Assembly: GCF_009914755.1 (NCBI RefSeq)
Contig: NC_060935.1
DNA length: 64,000 bases
From: the human T2T-CHM13v2.0 reference genome, Homo sapiens
Direction: 5' to 3' (one strand)
Shown here piece by piece: positions 1-13,390 of this stretch (the stretch's first letter is position 1; each line of letters starts with the position of its first letter). The notes under the pieces are model-generated. The model saw only the letters and a program-made list of their open reading frames with translations. It had not been told where the DNA came from and did not search any database. Made by a program: the position numbers and the translations under genes.

Positions 1-257
1 CATACAATGGGGAAAGGACACCTTATTCAATAAATGGTGCTAGGGAAATTGGAGTGCCATATGGAGAAGAATAAAATAGAACCCATATCTCTCACCATAT
101 GCAAAAATTAATTCAAGATGGATTAAAGACTTAAATATAAGACCTGAAACTATAAAAAAATACCAGAAGAAAACGTAGGAAAAACTCTTCTGGACATTGA
201 CCTAAGGAAATGATTCATTACTAAAACCTCAAAAGCAAATGCAACAAAAGCAAAAAT

Positions 258-370
258 GGATGGCCATGGTGGCTGACACCTGGAATCCCAGCATCTCTGG
301 AAGTCATGCTTGAGGCCACGAGTTCAAGACTAGCCCAGGCAACACAGGGAGACCACATCTCTATAAAACA
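258..370 (+). mobile_element. Alu monomer (FLAM-like) inserted in L1
   Basis: ggtggctgacacctggaatcccagc...gagttcaagactagcccaggcaacac...tctctataaaa. Confidence 0.8.
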
Positions 371-574
371 TACACAAATAAACAAATGTGAATTAATTAA
401 ACCAAAAAGCTTATGCACAGCAAAAGAAATAATCAACAGAGTGAACAAACAGTCTGCAAAATGGCAGAAAATGTTTGCAAAGTATCTATCCAACAAGGGA
501 CTAATACTCAGAATCTATGAGGAATTCAAACTAAGAACAAAACAAAACAAAAAATTAACCTTATTAAAAAGTGT

Positions 575-646
575 AGAAAGATGTTTGCCTACATAACAAA
601 CCTGCACATCCTGCACATGTATCCTGGAACTTTTGGAAAAAAAAAA
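575..646 (+). mobile_element. Extremely 5'-truncated L1PA 3' tail nested in older L1
   Basis: tgtttgcctacataacaaacctgcacatcctgcacatgtatcctggaac + poly(A), flanked by aaaaagtgt direct repeats. Confidence 0.75.
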
Positions 647-2959
647 GTGTGCAAAAGACATGAACAGGCATTATTCAGAAGAAGACATACAAATGACCAA
701 AAAGCATAGGAAAAAATGCTCAAGTTCAGTAATAATCAGAGAAATACAAGATAAAACCACAATGAGGCATCATCTTATACCAGTCAGAATGGCTATTATT
801 AAAAAGTCAAAAAATAACAGATGTTGGTGAGGATACAAAGAAAAGAGAATGCTTATACACTGTTGGGTGGGAATGTAAATTAGCACAACCTCTGTAGAAA
901 ACAGTATGAAGATATCTCAAAGAACTAAAAATGGAACTAGCATTATATCCAGCAATCCCACTACTGGGTATCTACTGAAAGGAAAATAAGTTATGACATA
1001 AAAAAGATGCCTGCACTTATGTATGTTTATTGTAGCACTATTCACAATGGCAAAGATATGAAACCAAACTAAGTGTCCATCAACGGATGACTGGATAAAG
1101 AAAATGTGGTAGGTATATACAATGGAATACTATTCAGCATAAAAAAGAATGTAATCATGTATTTTACAGCAACATGGATGGAACTGGAGGCTGTTATCTT
1201 AAGTGAAATAACTCAGAAACAGAGTCAAATGCCACATGTTCTCACTTACAAGTGGGTGCTAAAAATGTGTTCACATGGATGAGAGAGTGGAATTATATAT
1301 ATAGTGGAGACTCAGACAGGTGAGGAGCTATGGCGGGGGTAGCATGGTAAAAAATTTGTTAATGGGTGCAATATATATTAGTTGGGTGATGGATACCCTA
1401 AAAGCCCTGACATGACTTCATAATCTATGTATATAATAAAATCGCACATGCATTCCACAAATTTGTACAAAACAAAACAGAAAAGACTAGGATGCTGAGG
1501 TAGAGACAAATCTATGGGAAATTCCCAGATTAAGAAACAATTTGAAAATACTGTTTTTTCAGGCTGACTTCAAATGTCCAGTTTCTTGATTCATTTTTCT
1601 TTTGTTCTCAAAACCTTTTAGCAATTATTGTTTCTTCACTGTTTCTTTTAATCCCTTTCTCTCAAACTCGTATTACATGAATATTACAGCCTTTCAATCT
1701 ACCTTATATGTCTTTTAGCTGTGGTAAATTAAATTGTTTTTTTCTGACCCCGTATTGAGTTTCTGGTAAATGTATCAGGACTATCCGGAATTTTCTCTTC
1801 AACTCTATCTAGAGAAGATTTTATTTCATGTACTAATTTATGTTTATTTCAATGACTGTATTTTTATTTTCAAGTTTCTAATTGGATTCTCTTCATACAT
1901 ACATTTCTCTCCTGCTTTTGTTTTTATCATTTTCTGTTCATTTTTATTTGATGTTTCATCTGCATTTGTCTTTTTGAACATTCGGTATGAACATATTTTT
2001 AAAGTTTTTGTTATTTATTTCTGTAAAATTAATTTCATATTGAGCAAATTCAGGTTCTGACTTTTCTTCTGGCTGTAATTTTTAGCAGCAGATTTCTCCA
2101 TATGATTTTGAATACTGTTTTAATGGCTCGTTTTGAGTGGAAGATGTTTTTCTGCGGTTGTTTTCTCTCACTTCCTTCTCCCTGCTCATACCTGTCTGTC
2201 TTTGTCTTTCATCTTGACCCTCCTGTCCCCAGCCAAAAATAATTTTTCTTCTATCACCAGTTATACTGTACACATGGAAGACTCTTTCACAGACATATGT
2301 GATACTTTGGTTCCGTTTCTAACAGATTAATAGTATGTCAGCTGTCCTTCCCCCCACCCCCCACCCCAGGTATCCTCAGGCAAGCAGTTTGTCAAAAGAT
2401 ATAAGTGGAGGCTGGCACACACGTGCATGTGTGCATGCACGTGTGTGTGTTCTAACCTGCCTTCTTAGAGACAAGTGCTGGTGTGCTCTGTCATTTCTGG
2501 TTAAGTTCTATCATCAACAGGCTAAGTTTCCTTTTTCTTCTTTATACAATTTCTGTTTAATTATTGGCAATTGAGGTGTTTATCTTGCTTTTGAACTCGG
2601 CCCTGCCTTTTTTATCTTTTCATATGTTTTATATGTCCTGGCCATGTTTTTGGTGTGCAATCAGTGATTGATGGTTCACTATCATGCCATCCTGATTTGA
2701 AGACAAGTTTCTAAGTTAGCAGATTTTCAAATATACCTGACATAACTCTTACTGATTCTAAGTGGACAAGGAAAGGCAAGGAAAAGTTAGGATTATAAAT
2801 CTAATGTAATTCACTTGCTGGTCCTCTGCAGTAGATAATATATAAGTGGCTTGCTTATTGATAACTTGCAATTGCTTGGCTTCATTCTGAATTCTGTAAG
2901 TTCTCCAAAAATTCCTGTCCCCAAGTTTTCTAAGCACTATAGTACAATCAGAGGAGAAT

Positions 2960-3110
2960 TATTAGCCCAGAAGTCTAATGTCCTGGAGCCTAGGTGGGTG
3001 AATCTGGGCACTTTTGTATTTCAATTTCCTCCTTTATAAAACAGGTATAATAATGTCTACGTTCACCTTCATATGGAGTTGTTGAGGACACTGCAGAGAT
3101 AACAGAGTGA
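2960..3110 (+). mobile_element. MIR fragment
   Basis: MIR core-like tcaatttcctcctttataaaacaggtataataat...gttgttgagga. Confidence 0.6.
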
Positions 3111-3513
3111 AATTCAACAAAGTTTTACTTAGCTTCTGTTTGGAGACAGATATATTGCTAGGTCTAGGGAAATAAAAATTGAAGCATAGCCCTTTGGTTA
3201 TTTATAATACTGTGGTCCAGATCGCCTGTTTTATTATGAGTTGTGACAATCCAATGTGGACTGTGGTAAACACTAAACTAGGTATAAACAGTGAATTAAG
3301 ACCACCCTCCAAAAGGAGCAATTCGCACTTGAGGAAATGAGTGAAAACTTCACTTAGTAACCCATCTTTGATCTAAAGTCCTGTGAAAATGCCAAGATGC
3401 TATGTAAATGTAAGATGTGCTATTATTTTATTTTATATACCAAAGTTTTCTCATGAGTGAATCTGACTGGAGACCACTTAGCCATTTTGTCTTTTTTTTT
3501 GTTTGTTGTGTAG

Positions 3514-3559
3514 GTCGGACCTTGCACTTAAATCTTCCATCTTCTGGGTCCTGGTGCTT
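3514..3559 (+). CDS. Candidate penultimate coding exon of an unidentified plus-strand gene (SDLALKSSIFWVLVL)
   Basis: Long T-rich tract + tgtag acceptor; donor CTT|GTCAGT; 69-nt intron with ctaat branch point; phase-compatible with next exon. Confidence 0.5.
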
Positions 3560-3628
3560 GTCAGTCAATCATTCTCTCATCTGTGATGGCTAATTTTGAT
3601 GTGTATTTTTGAAAATCTTCTCCTCCAG

Positions 3629-3691
3629 GCTGCTTTTCAATCTGAAGTTCCAAGGAAACACCCATTTTGCTATTATCCAGATACAATTTAG
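3629..3691 (+). CDS. Candidate terminal coding exon (AAFQSEVPRKHPFCYYPDTI*), followed by unique AU-rich 3'UTR-like sequence to ~4400
   Basis: Acceptor tcttctcctccag|GCT; TAG at 3689-3691. A second frame is open to 3791, so the frame is uncertain. Confidence 0.5.
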   Translation, partial: AAFQSEVPRKHPFCYYPDTI

Positions 3692-4413
3692 ACTGAGCCG
3701 TTGCAGTAGAACATTGTGTTCTATTTGCCATAATTTTTTTTCAAGAGACAAAGATAAACAGCTTAAACAGATAACCATCTCTGGTTGCTGATTTTAACAA
3801 TAATATTTAGCAGCCAGTGAATATTCTGCAAGTGCCTTTCTCAGAAAGGCTGCATTAAGTAAACAAGCAGTAAATATTCCAAATGACTGAGATAATAGAA
3901 GTTAAATTTAGTTAGCTAACTGCCCATATCTGGCTAAAACATTGTTTTTCTGTTATGGTAAATAATACTCATCTTGTTTAGACAGGTTTTATCAAAAACA
4001 GTGTTAGTATTTCATACCAAACATATTTTTATGAAGCTCATGAAGCTTATGAGGGCTAAAACTAACAAATTTTGAGCTGCTTCAGTCATATTTCATTAGT
4101 TTTCTTTAGATGTATATTTTGATTTATTTCCAAATCACAAGTTATACTGTATCCTGTGTTTTGAAGAACAATAGTGACTGGAGTATTCCAATTAGTCAGC
4201 ATTTTCAGTAAAACCTGGGTTGTTTCTGCCATTGAAATATCAGCCATGAATTGAATTGGTATTTTGAAACATTTTCATTTGATTCCTGGCTGCCAAAGAA
4301 TGATTTTGTTGCAGGTGTTTTTTGAGATTTATGTACTTAATATGTGGTAGGTTCTGTATCACATATCGTTGTAATTTGAAGTGTCAAAGTGTCATTTCCT
4401 TTGCAAACTTTAA

Positions 4414-4712
4414 TTTTTTTTTTTTTTTCCAGACAAGGTCTCACTCTGTTGCCCAGGCTGGAGTGCAGTGGCGTGATCTCAGCTCACTGCAGCCTTGACT
4501 TCCTGGGCTTAGGTGATCCTCCCACCTCAGCCTCCTGAGTAGCTGAGACTATAGGTGCACACCACCACGGCCGGCTAATTTTTTGTATTTTTAGTAAAGA
4601 CAAGGTTTTGCCATGTTGCCCAGGCTGGTCTCAAACTCCTGGACTCAAGCAATCCGCCTACCTCAGCCTCCCAAAATGCTGGGATTACAGTCATGTGCCA
4701 CCATGCCCAGCC
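4414..4712 (-). mobile_element. Alu (AluJ-like)
   Basis: Full dimer, poly-T head, TSD ~tgcaaacttta. Confidence 0.95.
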
Positions 4713-4794
4713 CTCTGCAAACTTTACAGCAAGAGTAGTCTAAGAGATGTGGCCATTCCACAGAAAAGAGAGTTACTATACACTATATCCACAG

Positions 4795-5214
4795 TGTCTT
4801 CATCTGTTTATTATTGCTATAAAGGAACACCTGAGGGTAGGCAATTTATAAAGAAAAGAGGCTTATTCAGCTCATGGTTCTGCAGGCTGGATTGTTCAAG
4901 ATTAGCCATCTGGTGAGGGCCTCAGGCTGCTTCTACCCAAGGTAGGGGAAGGGAAGCCAACATGTGCAGAGACTACATGATGAGAGAGAAAGCAAAAAAC
5001 TGAAGGGGAGGTGTCTGGCTCTTTATAACAACCAGCTCTTGCTGGAACTTAAAGAGTGAGAACTCACCTCCCCATCCCCTGCAGAAAGGTATTAATCTAT
5101 TTTTGAGGGGGTGTACCCCCACGATCCAAACACTTTCCATTAGGGCCTCACCTTCAACATTGGGATCAAATTTCAGCATGAGGCTTGGGTGGGACAAACA
5201 TCCAAACTATGGCA
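4795..5214 (-). mobile_element. MaLR solo LTR (MST family)
   Basis: ttgctataaaggaacacctgag...aatttataaagaaaagagg...gacaaacatccaaactatggca. Confidence 0.85.
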
Positions 5215-5439
5215 ATCAGAATAATGAGAAACACCAAAAAGTAAACTTCCGCAGGGCAAGGATTTTATCTTTCTCATTGTATTTTTGGATCCTAAAACAG
5301 GCCTCTTTGCATATAGTGGTTGTTCAATAAATTAACTGAAATAATTATCATCGGCCCCAAGATCATCATCAGTATTTCCATTGCTTATGAAAATACTGAC
5401 ACATAGAACCTGGGTCCTGCCCTCCTCCAAAAGACGGTC

Positions 5440-5745
5440 TTAAAAAAAATGTATAAACTTAGTGGGTACAAGTGCAGTTTTGATACATGAATACACTGCA
5501 TAGTGGCGAAGTCTGTACTTTTAATGCAACACACATCACCCAAGTAGTGTACACTGAACCCATTCAGTAATTTCTCATCCTTTAAACCCCTCCCACCTTT
5601 AAGTCTCCAATGTCTATGAGTCCACACTGTATGTCCATATATACACCTTGAGGTACAGTAAAAATGTGACATTAATCTTATGAAACTACCATCATATATG
5701 CAGCCCGTCATTGACTGGAAAATCATTATGCAGAGCATGACTGTA
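5440..5745. mobile_element. L1MA 3' fragment (minus) followed by Tigger3/MER7-like end
   Basis: L1 3'UTR antisense 5440-5650; gcagcccgtcattgactggaaaatcattatgcagagcatgactgta Tigger terminus. Confidence 0.65.
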
Positions 5746-6269
5746 CTTCTTTAGCCTAAACAACCTACATGCCAATAAAAGTTTCACTGTTTCTTGATTC
5801 TGTATCTTTCAAAATGTTTCTTTCTTCTTGAATGCCTCCCTCATTTTCCAACTATTCATCAAAATAGTATAAATTGTTCAAGTGATGGGTCAATCTTTTT
5901 CTCTATTCCCTGACTTACCTTAATTAAAATAACTCTATTACATCCACGGATACCCAGAGTACTTTATTTAGTACCTCTTGTAAACAAATATTGTATGTAT
6001 ACAGGGTAGTTACATACCAAAAAAACTTGGAAATGAAATAAATAAAGGTGTTCTCCAAGATAAAATTTTAAACATTAACATATATTTCAATAAAGTGTCA
6101 TCTTTTCAAAAATTTCTGGTCCACAAGCCTGGTCCACAAGCCAAACCAACACAAAACTAACGGCATTTACTTAAAAATATATTCTCAAAAGAATTATATT
6201 AAGTAGAAAGGAGGTGGGGAGAAATGAGAAATATTCAAATACTCAACAATAAAAACTCAGTGAGTATAC

Positions 6270-6750
6270 CAATAGTCACAGCAGTATTGTTCATAATAGC
6301 CAAAAGGTGGAAACAACCAAAATGTCCATCAATAGATGAATGGATAAACAAAATGTGATATAAGCACACAATGAAATTTATTTAGTCTTAAGATGGCCGG
6401 AAATTCTGATACATGCCACAACCTGAATGAGCTTGGAAGACATTATGCTAAGTGAAATAAGCCAGACACAAAACAATACATATTGGATGATTCCACTTAT
6501 ACAAGGTACTTAGAATGGTCAAATTCCTAGAGACAGAAAATAGAATGGTGATTATGAGAGGATGAATGATGAGGGAAATGGGGTTATTGTTTAACGGGTA
6601 CAGCATCTGTATGGGCTGATTAAAAGTTCTGGGGATGGATAGCAGTGCTGATTGCATAACAATGAGAATATACTTAATGCCACTGAACCATACACTTTAA
6701 AATGGTTAAAAAGGTATATTTTATGTTATATATATTTTAACACAGTTATA
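6270..6750 (+). mobile_element. L1MB 3' end
   Basis: gccaaaaggtggaaacaaccaaaatgtccatcaatagatgaatggataaac...aaagttctggggatggatag. Confidence 0.9.
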
Positions 6751-6784
6751 TAAACTTAGTGAAGGAAGAGTTGACAGGTCTCAC

Positions 6785-7381
<597 letters not shown>

Positions 7382-7987
7382 CTGAGAAATAATTTTTGAA
7401 AACTCAACAGCACACCTTCTAGGGATTGATACAGCTACTAAGTATCACAGAATACCTACTATACTCAAGATACTATGCTAACAAATTAAGTCCAATGAAG
7501 TATAATACTATCCTCACTCTCTGGGAATACAATGCAGTTTGGGACTAGGTAGGTAAGCATTAAAAACTATATACAATATGAAGCAACATATACAAGGTTC
7601 AAAATGAGTGGCACAAACAACAGATTTTAAAGGAGCTAAGACAAGAAAGAAACCTCCAGAACAGACATGATACAAACTTTCCTATAAACTTGCCTATAGA
7701 TTTCAAGAAACATCAGTTCTCTACTTGATTACTGTCCTTCTCCACAGAAGTCTTCCCTAATTATTCTAGCCTCTGTATGTCATTTGCTGTACTCTACACT
7801 ATAACCTATATTCAATTTTCTTATACACCAGCTTGTCACCATAACAACTGAGCTAACAAAGTACATTATTAAGTATAATTCTGTACATAAAGAAAGTGCT
7901 CCATAAAGACCCAATGAACTGAAATGAATGCTTCCGTTATAAGCTCTCAGGAATGTTGCCTGCATACATAATAAAGCAAACAATTAC

Positions 7988-8181
7988 TAGTTAATGTCTG
8001 TAATACAGATAATTTTGGGGGTAGGGAGGCTGCATAGAGGAGGAACTGTATCTCATCATTTATTCCACTCCAAAAAGTATTGGCATTATGGATATGGCAG
8101 GTATTCAACCATTACTTGCTGCCTTTATTTTGAGACAATTCTATACTTTCTAGGTGACCCAGTACATAATTTTGTGGTTTC
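7988..8181 (-). pseudogene. Fossil exon: KPQNYVLGHLESIELSQNKGSK*WLNTCHIHNANTFWSGINDEIQFLLYAASLPPKLSVLQTLT
   Basis: Acceptor ctttctttatctccttgtgcag; donor A|GTAATT; 1 stop in 64 codons. Confidence 0.7.
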
Positions 8182-8306
8182 CTGCACAAGGAGATAAAGA
8201 AAGCACGAACTGATCTAAAACCAAGACAACTGTCGGTTATGATGAAATGTTAGTTCTTGGTAGATTTCTAGGAGTTTTTGAGTTTTGCTTCCCTGATTTC
8301 TCTTAC

Positions 8307-8459
8307 TTGGAAGAGGCCCAGAAGTTATCAGTACAATTTGGATTAGTCAAGTAATAGTTTAGCTGAATTTATTTGTACTGTAAAATGTAACAACTGTAAT
8401 CTGATTTTTAAGAACTTTAAAATAATTAAACATTTCAAGACTACCAAAGATAAACTCAC
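8307..8459 (-). pseudogene. Fossil exon: GEFIFGSLEMFNYFKVLKNQITVVTF.../NYYLTNPNCTDNFWASS
   Basis: Acceptor tttttcctttgtag; donor CAA|GTAAGA; phase 1 matches upstream exon; one inferred frameshift. Confidence 0.7.
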
Positions 8460-8863
8460 CTACAAAGGAAAAATAAAGCAAAATATGATCTGAAGACAAT
8501 ATTTAGAGAAAATAACTCTTCCAATCACTTATAAAAGTAGAGAAAAAGCAAAGTTAGTAATTTTGAGAAACAGAAATTAAAACAAGTCCCAAGGGAACAG
8601 TAAGGGTCTCAGGCCCTAGAAAGATCCATCATTTGGCAATCAAAATGATTACTAATATGCTAATTTTTTTCTTGGAGATAACATATACATGATTTTAATT
8701 TTTCTAGAAAATGGGTAATTTTTATTGTTATATTTAGTTTTAAAACATTTTACCCTAAAAAGAAGGACTCTGTAAATATAAGGCCGAAGTTGTAATTTTT
8801 GCAGCTTATGTATGGCTGTGATTAGCTGATGAATGAAATGAGAAGTGAAAAACTTTGACTTGC

Positions 8864-9052
8864 CTAAGACAGAATCTGATTTTCCCATACGATTATCAGA
8901 AAGGAGTATATCATTAATCATTTGTGCTACCATGCAATCATATAACTCCACTAAGCCATTTATCACAGATCTGTTTTCGCTAACATTCTAGAACTAGAAA
9001 TTAATTCTGGCAGATCTAAGTCAATTTGCTATCTGTACAGAAGCCGTAATTT
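8864..9052 (-). pseudogene. Fossil exon: NY/RLLYR*QIDLDLPELISSSRMLAKTDL/VINGLVELYDCMVAQMINDILLSDNRMGKSDSVL
   Basis: Acceptor tctttcattcctttcaccaatag; donor TAG|GCAAGT; two inferred 1-nt deletions reconcile both flanking phases. Confidence 0.65.
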
Positions 9053-9391
9053 CTATTGGTGAAAGGAATGAAAGAGGGTACGATTTAGAGGAAGAGAACA
9101 TCCATTAATGCTAAAATAAAGGGATGACACATACACACGCATTTAAATTCAAGAGTTAACTAATGGAGCTTGACCAACACCAAAGTGAGAGAGAAAGAAC
9201 ATCATGAATGCAGTGTAGGCAATTTTACTTGATATTCCTCTCAGTAAGATTATACCCTAGAACGAGCATAAGATTCAAAACAAAAACATGCTATCCACAG
9301 TTTACCTCAATTTAGGAATGCCTTTTAGGAAAAAAAAAATAGAATACATTTACACTGTGTATGATTCAAGTATTGAAGTCACAATTCCTCA

Positions 9392-9727
<336 letters not shown>

Positions 9728-9747
9728 TAAACTCCAAATATACTAAC

Positions 9748-9766
9748 AGCTTCATCCAGTGGTCAG
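9748..9766 (-). pseudogene. 19-nt fossil micro-exon (A)DHWMK(L)
   Basis: Very long polypyrimidine tract + ccag acceptor; donor GCT|GTTAGT; phase 1 matches upstream exon. Confidence 0.55.
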
Positions 9767-10399
9767 CTGGAAAAAAAAAAAAAACAAAAAAAAATTTCTT
9801 CCAATCTTGAAAGAATAAGCTGCTTTAGATGTAAGATTTAATTTTATATTACCTCTGTAATTATACAGATAATTTATCAATTTCTTAAGACATCCTTGGT
9901 AATACCAGATTTTTTCCTTATGTGTTAACTTTAGAACCCAGTTATCACATACGATGTACATATATGTACTAAAAAACTATACATGATAATTAACATATGC
10001 TAAATATCTATCTAGTTTTATTTCTTAAAGCAATAAATAATAGATATGTGACTTCTAGTCTCCCACTAAACTGTGATTGTTTCAAAAATAATAACTTTTA
10101 AAGTACATTCTCTTTTGCTAAATACAGAAAGGTTAGCCTGAAATACCTTTGTGTACAGTAAATACCAACTTGGGATATTCTGTAGTGGAGCGAAATCTTG
10201 AAAAACTGTAGGAAGATAGGTAAATAATACCAACATTCTTGTCACAAATAAATCACAAACTACATACAGTAGTTAAATAGACACAATAAAGTTTAGACAA
10301 TCCCATTCAGTAATGGTAAGGTGGCATAAACATTAAAAAGCATTAAAAAATACAAACAAGGATATTTGGTAAAGCATAAAATTTGGAAAGTACTTCTCA

Positions 10400-10716
<317 letters not shown>

Positions 10717-10916
10717 ATATATGTATATATATATTAACTTTTTATTCAAAATAAGGCCTGTAATTTCCCACTTCCATTTAGAATCATTTTCAACATATAG
10801 ACATTTATTTTTAACAATTAAACCTGACTGCCTATAAAGGTTGTGCATATGAGTCTGTGGGTATGTGACTACATACAGTCAAAAAAATTATTTTCCCTAC
10901 TACAAATACACACAGA

Positions 10917-11192
<276 letters not shown>

Positions 11193-11419
11193 CAAATACA
11201 TACAGATTATATCTGTATTAATATCATATGATTTTTGGGTGGTGGTAACGGGGAGTGGGTATCACTGACAAGCCTTCTTAGACTCATGAAGCATAAAAAA
11301 AAATAAAAAGGAATCCCACACAATCACATTTTTAAACAGCATAGGTTATGGCCAGCTGAGAAAAAAAAGAAAAAAGGAACCATCGAAGCCATAAAATATA
11401 TAAAATATATAAAATATAT

Positions 11420-11610
11420 CCTACCTTGGCTTTCTGAGTAGCTGGGACTATACAGGTATGCACCACCATGCCGAGCTAAATTTTTTTTTTTGTACAGACA
11501 AGGTCTTGCTATGTTGCCCAGGCTAGTCTGAAGCTCCTGGCTTCAAGCAATCCTCACATCTTAGCCTCCCAAAAAGCTGGGATTAGAGACATAAGCCACA
11601 GTGTCCTGCC
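11420..11610 (-). mobile_element. Partial Alu (AluJ-like)
   Basis: Left arm and part of right arm, diverged. Confidence 0.85.
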
Positions 11611-12117
11611 TATATTTGGTTTTTAAGGAGTACAATAATATCACCTTCAAGTTATTGTAAACATTTAAATAGTAAGAAAATATTATCAACAATGAAGTAA
11701 TAGGATTTAGTCTGTATCAGCACTAAAATGACAACTCCTGATGTAAGACCAGAGGGCTAAACATGTGCAGAGAATGCAAGATATCACTTGCACACAAACT
11801 TAAGATACATAACATAGAAATACTTTAATGAAAACAGATTTAAACCCACAATTTAGTACTTTCAACAGCCAACTATGACAGTCTTATACATTTCTTCCCC
11901 AAATAAAAAGGAATATCACTGAACTCCACAAGCTTTTTTAAAAAAAATCAACTGCTGCTAGGTGTAATAATATGGCATAGAGTAAGAAAATCAAAGCACA
12001 TGGTATATTTGATGAGTCATGTTCCAAAGAAAATAGTCCATTTTTTAAAAAGGTTTAAAAGAAAGTTCCATGAGGATAAGAAGAGGATTCAAGTTTTTGT
12101 CTCAGAGAACAAACGGA

Positions 12118-12187
12118 TTTTAATCACACATACTGATTTTAATCACACGTACTGCTTTTAATCACACGTACTGATTTTAATCACATA
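12118..12187. repeat. 19-bp minisatellite (ttttaatcacacgtactga) ~3.7 copies
   Basis: Direct reading. Confidence 0.9.
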
Positions 12188-12191
12188 TTAC

Positions 12192-12312
12192 CTGTTTCTA
12201 GACTTAATGAACCTTGTATTACACAGTTGAGCAAAATGTCCCAAATAAAACAGCCATATAGAGTCTCAGAGCGGGGGAAAAAAAGAAGTATGCTAACATC
12301 AGAAGAACATAC
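12192..12312 (-). pseudogene. Fossil exon, fully open: VCSSDVSILLFFPRSETLYGCFIWDILLNCVIQGSLSLET
   Basis: atttatttatttag| ... CAG|GTAATA; 40 codons without stop, phase 0 to 1. Confidence 0.7.
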
Positions 12313-12370
12313 CTAAATAAATAAATGTTATTTTTATTTCAACCTGCCATTGCTTAGTTACTTTAACTAA

Positions 12371-12447
12371 GTGACTATTCAAAAGTAAACTGAACCAGGA
12401 GCCACAACCAGTGAACTATTTCAAAAGTAAACTGAACCAGGAGCCAT
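12371..12447. repeat. ~41-bp tandem duplication
   Basis: actattcaaaagtaaactgaaccaggagcca twice. Confidence 0.9.
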
Positions 12448-12870
12448 AAAATGCCCTAACATCTAATAAATACAAATAAACCATGCCACACTGACTCAAC
12501 ACAAAGGAGACCTTCATAAACAAATCTCTCCATACTTTAAAAATATTTGGCTAAATAGATGCTAGAGGTTTCCTAAAACAAGATAATTGTATTTTTCTAC
12601 ATGTCAGCTAGTTTATCATCAAGTTTTAGGTATAGTTTACAAACAAAGATTTAAAATCAAAACTACCTACACATTAATAAACAATACAGGTGAATCAAGA
12701 TTTTGCTTTGATTGATATATAAGATTTAGTATATAACAAAATAAAATATTTTCCCTAGAAATATGTATTTTTAACTACTCAATTTGATTAGCCTTATAAG
12801 TCAAAGTTCTGTAAAAAAAAAAAAAAAAAAGTAATGAAATGAGCCAAAAGGTCTTACTTATCTCTATTAC

Positions 12871-12973
12871 TTTATCAGGAATCAGCTATTTAAATCTAAA
12901 TTCCTTGCTGTCCATTACACAAGGCATTAACAATATTGTTATCATAACAATACTTTAAAAAAGCCTTACGAGA
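12871..12973 (-). pseudogene. Fossil exon: SRKAFLKYCYDNNIV/MPCVMDSKEFRFK*LIPDK
   Basis: Acceptor ctttattctaag; donor AAA|GTAATA (alternative GTAAGA at 12857); one extra nucleotide. Confidence 0.6.
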
Positions 12974-13077
12974 CTTAGAATAAAGTAATTATGCAAGTAC
13001 AAAATAACAGAACTGCTCAAGGTCTGGAATAAATATTCACAAAATCTCATACAAGCGGTGTCTTTTAAAAATATTAC

Positions 13078-13177
13078 TTTTCTGATAATGTCAAAAGGCA
13101 CCTCAATAGTACATTTGTGACAATAATAATGCACTTTTTTATCACCTTGCAATGAGTCATTACTTTTTCTCATAAAA
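13078..13177 (-). pseudogene. Fossil exon, open: FMRKSNDSLQGDKKVHYYCHKCTIEVPFDIIRK
   Basis: Acceptor tattttcccttaag; donor AAA|GTAATA; 104-nt intron to next exon, phase 0. Confidence 0.65.
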
Positions 13178-13390
13178 CTTAAGGGAAAATATTCTCTTAT
13201 AAAGTACAAAACAATTTGCTTTCCAAATTATAGTGCTAATCATTCATTTTTTTTCTGACACCACTACAGGCAGCAACAATAGAAATTAAGAGAAAATTGG
13301 ACATGTATATAAAGGATGAATAAAGAAATAAATGCAACACATTTACACTATTCAGTCACTATGACTTTCTCTAGAACCTACTATTCTCAT

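Larger units (their letters stand above)
1..1480 (+). mobile_element. L1 3' part (ORF2 C-terminus + 3'UTR), L1MA/L1PB-like
   Basis: ORF2 remnant KDMNRHYSEEDIQM...TTMRHHLIPVRMAIIKK; L1MA-type 3'UTR (gggtgatggataccctaaaagccctgac). Confidence 0.9.

Noticed and set aside
8454-8475. Zero-length recursive splice site (tgtag|GTGAGT)
   Set aside because: Better explained as the start of a phase-matched exon with 33 open codons.
12192-12312. SPO11/TOPRIM-like GSLSLETADHW motif
   Set aside because: The catalytic DxD is absent. Likely coincidence.
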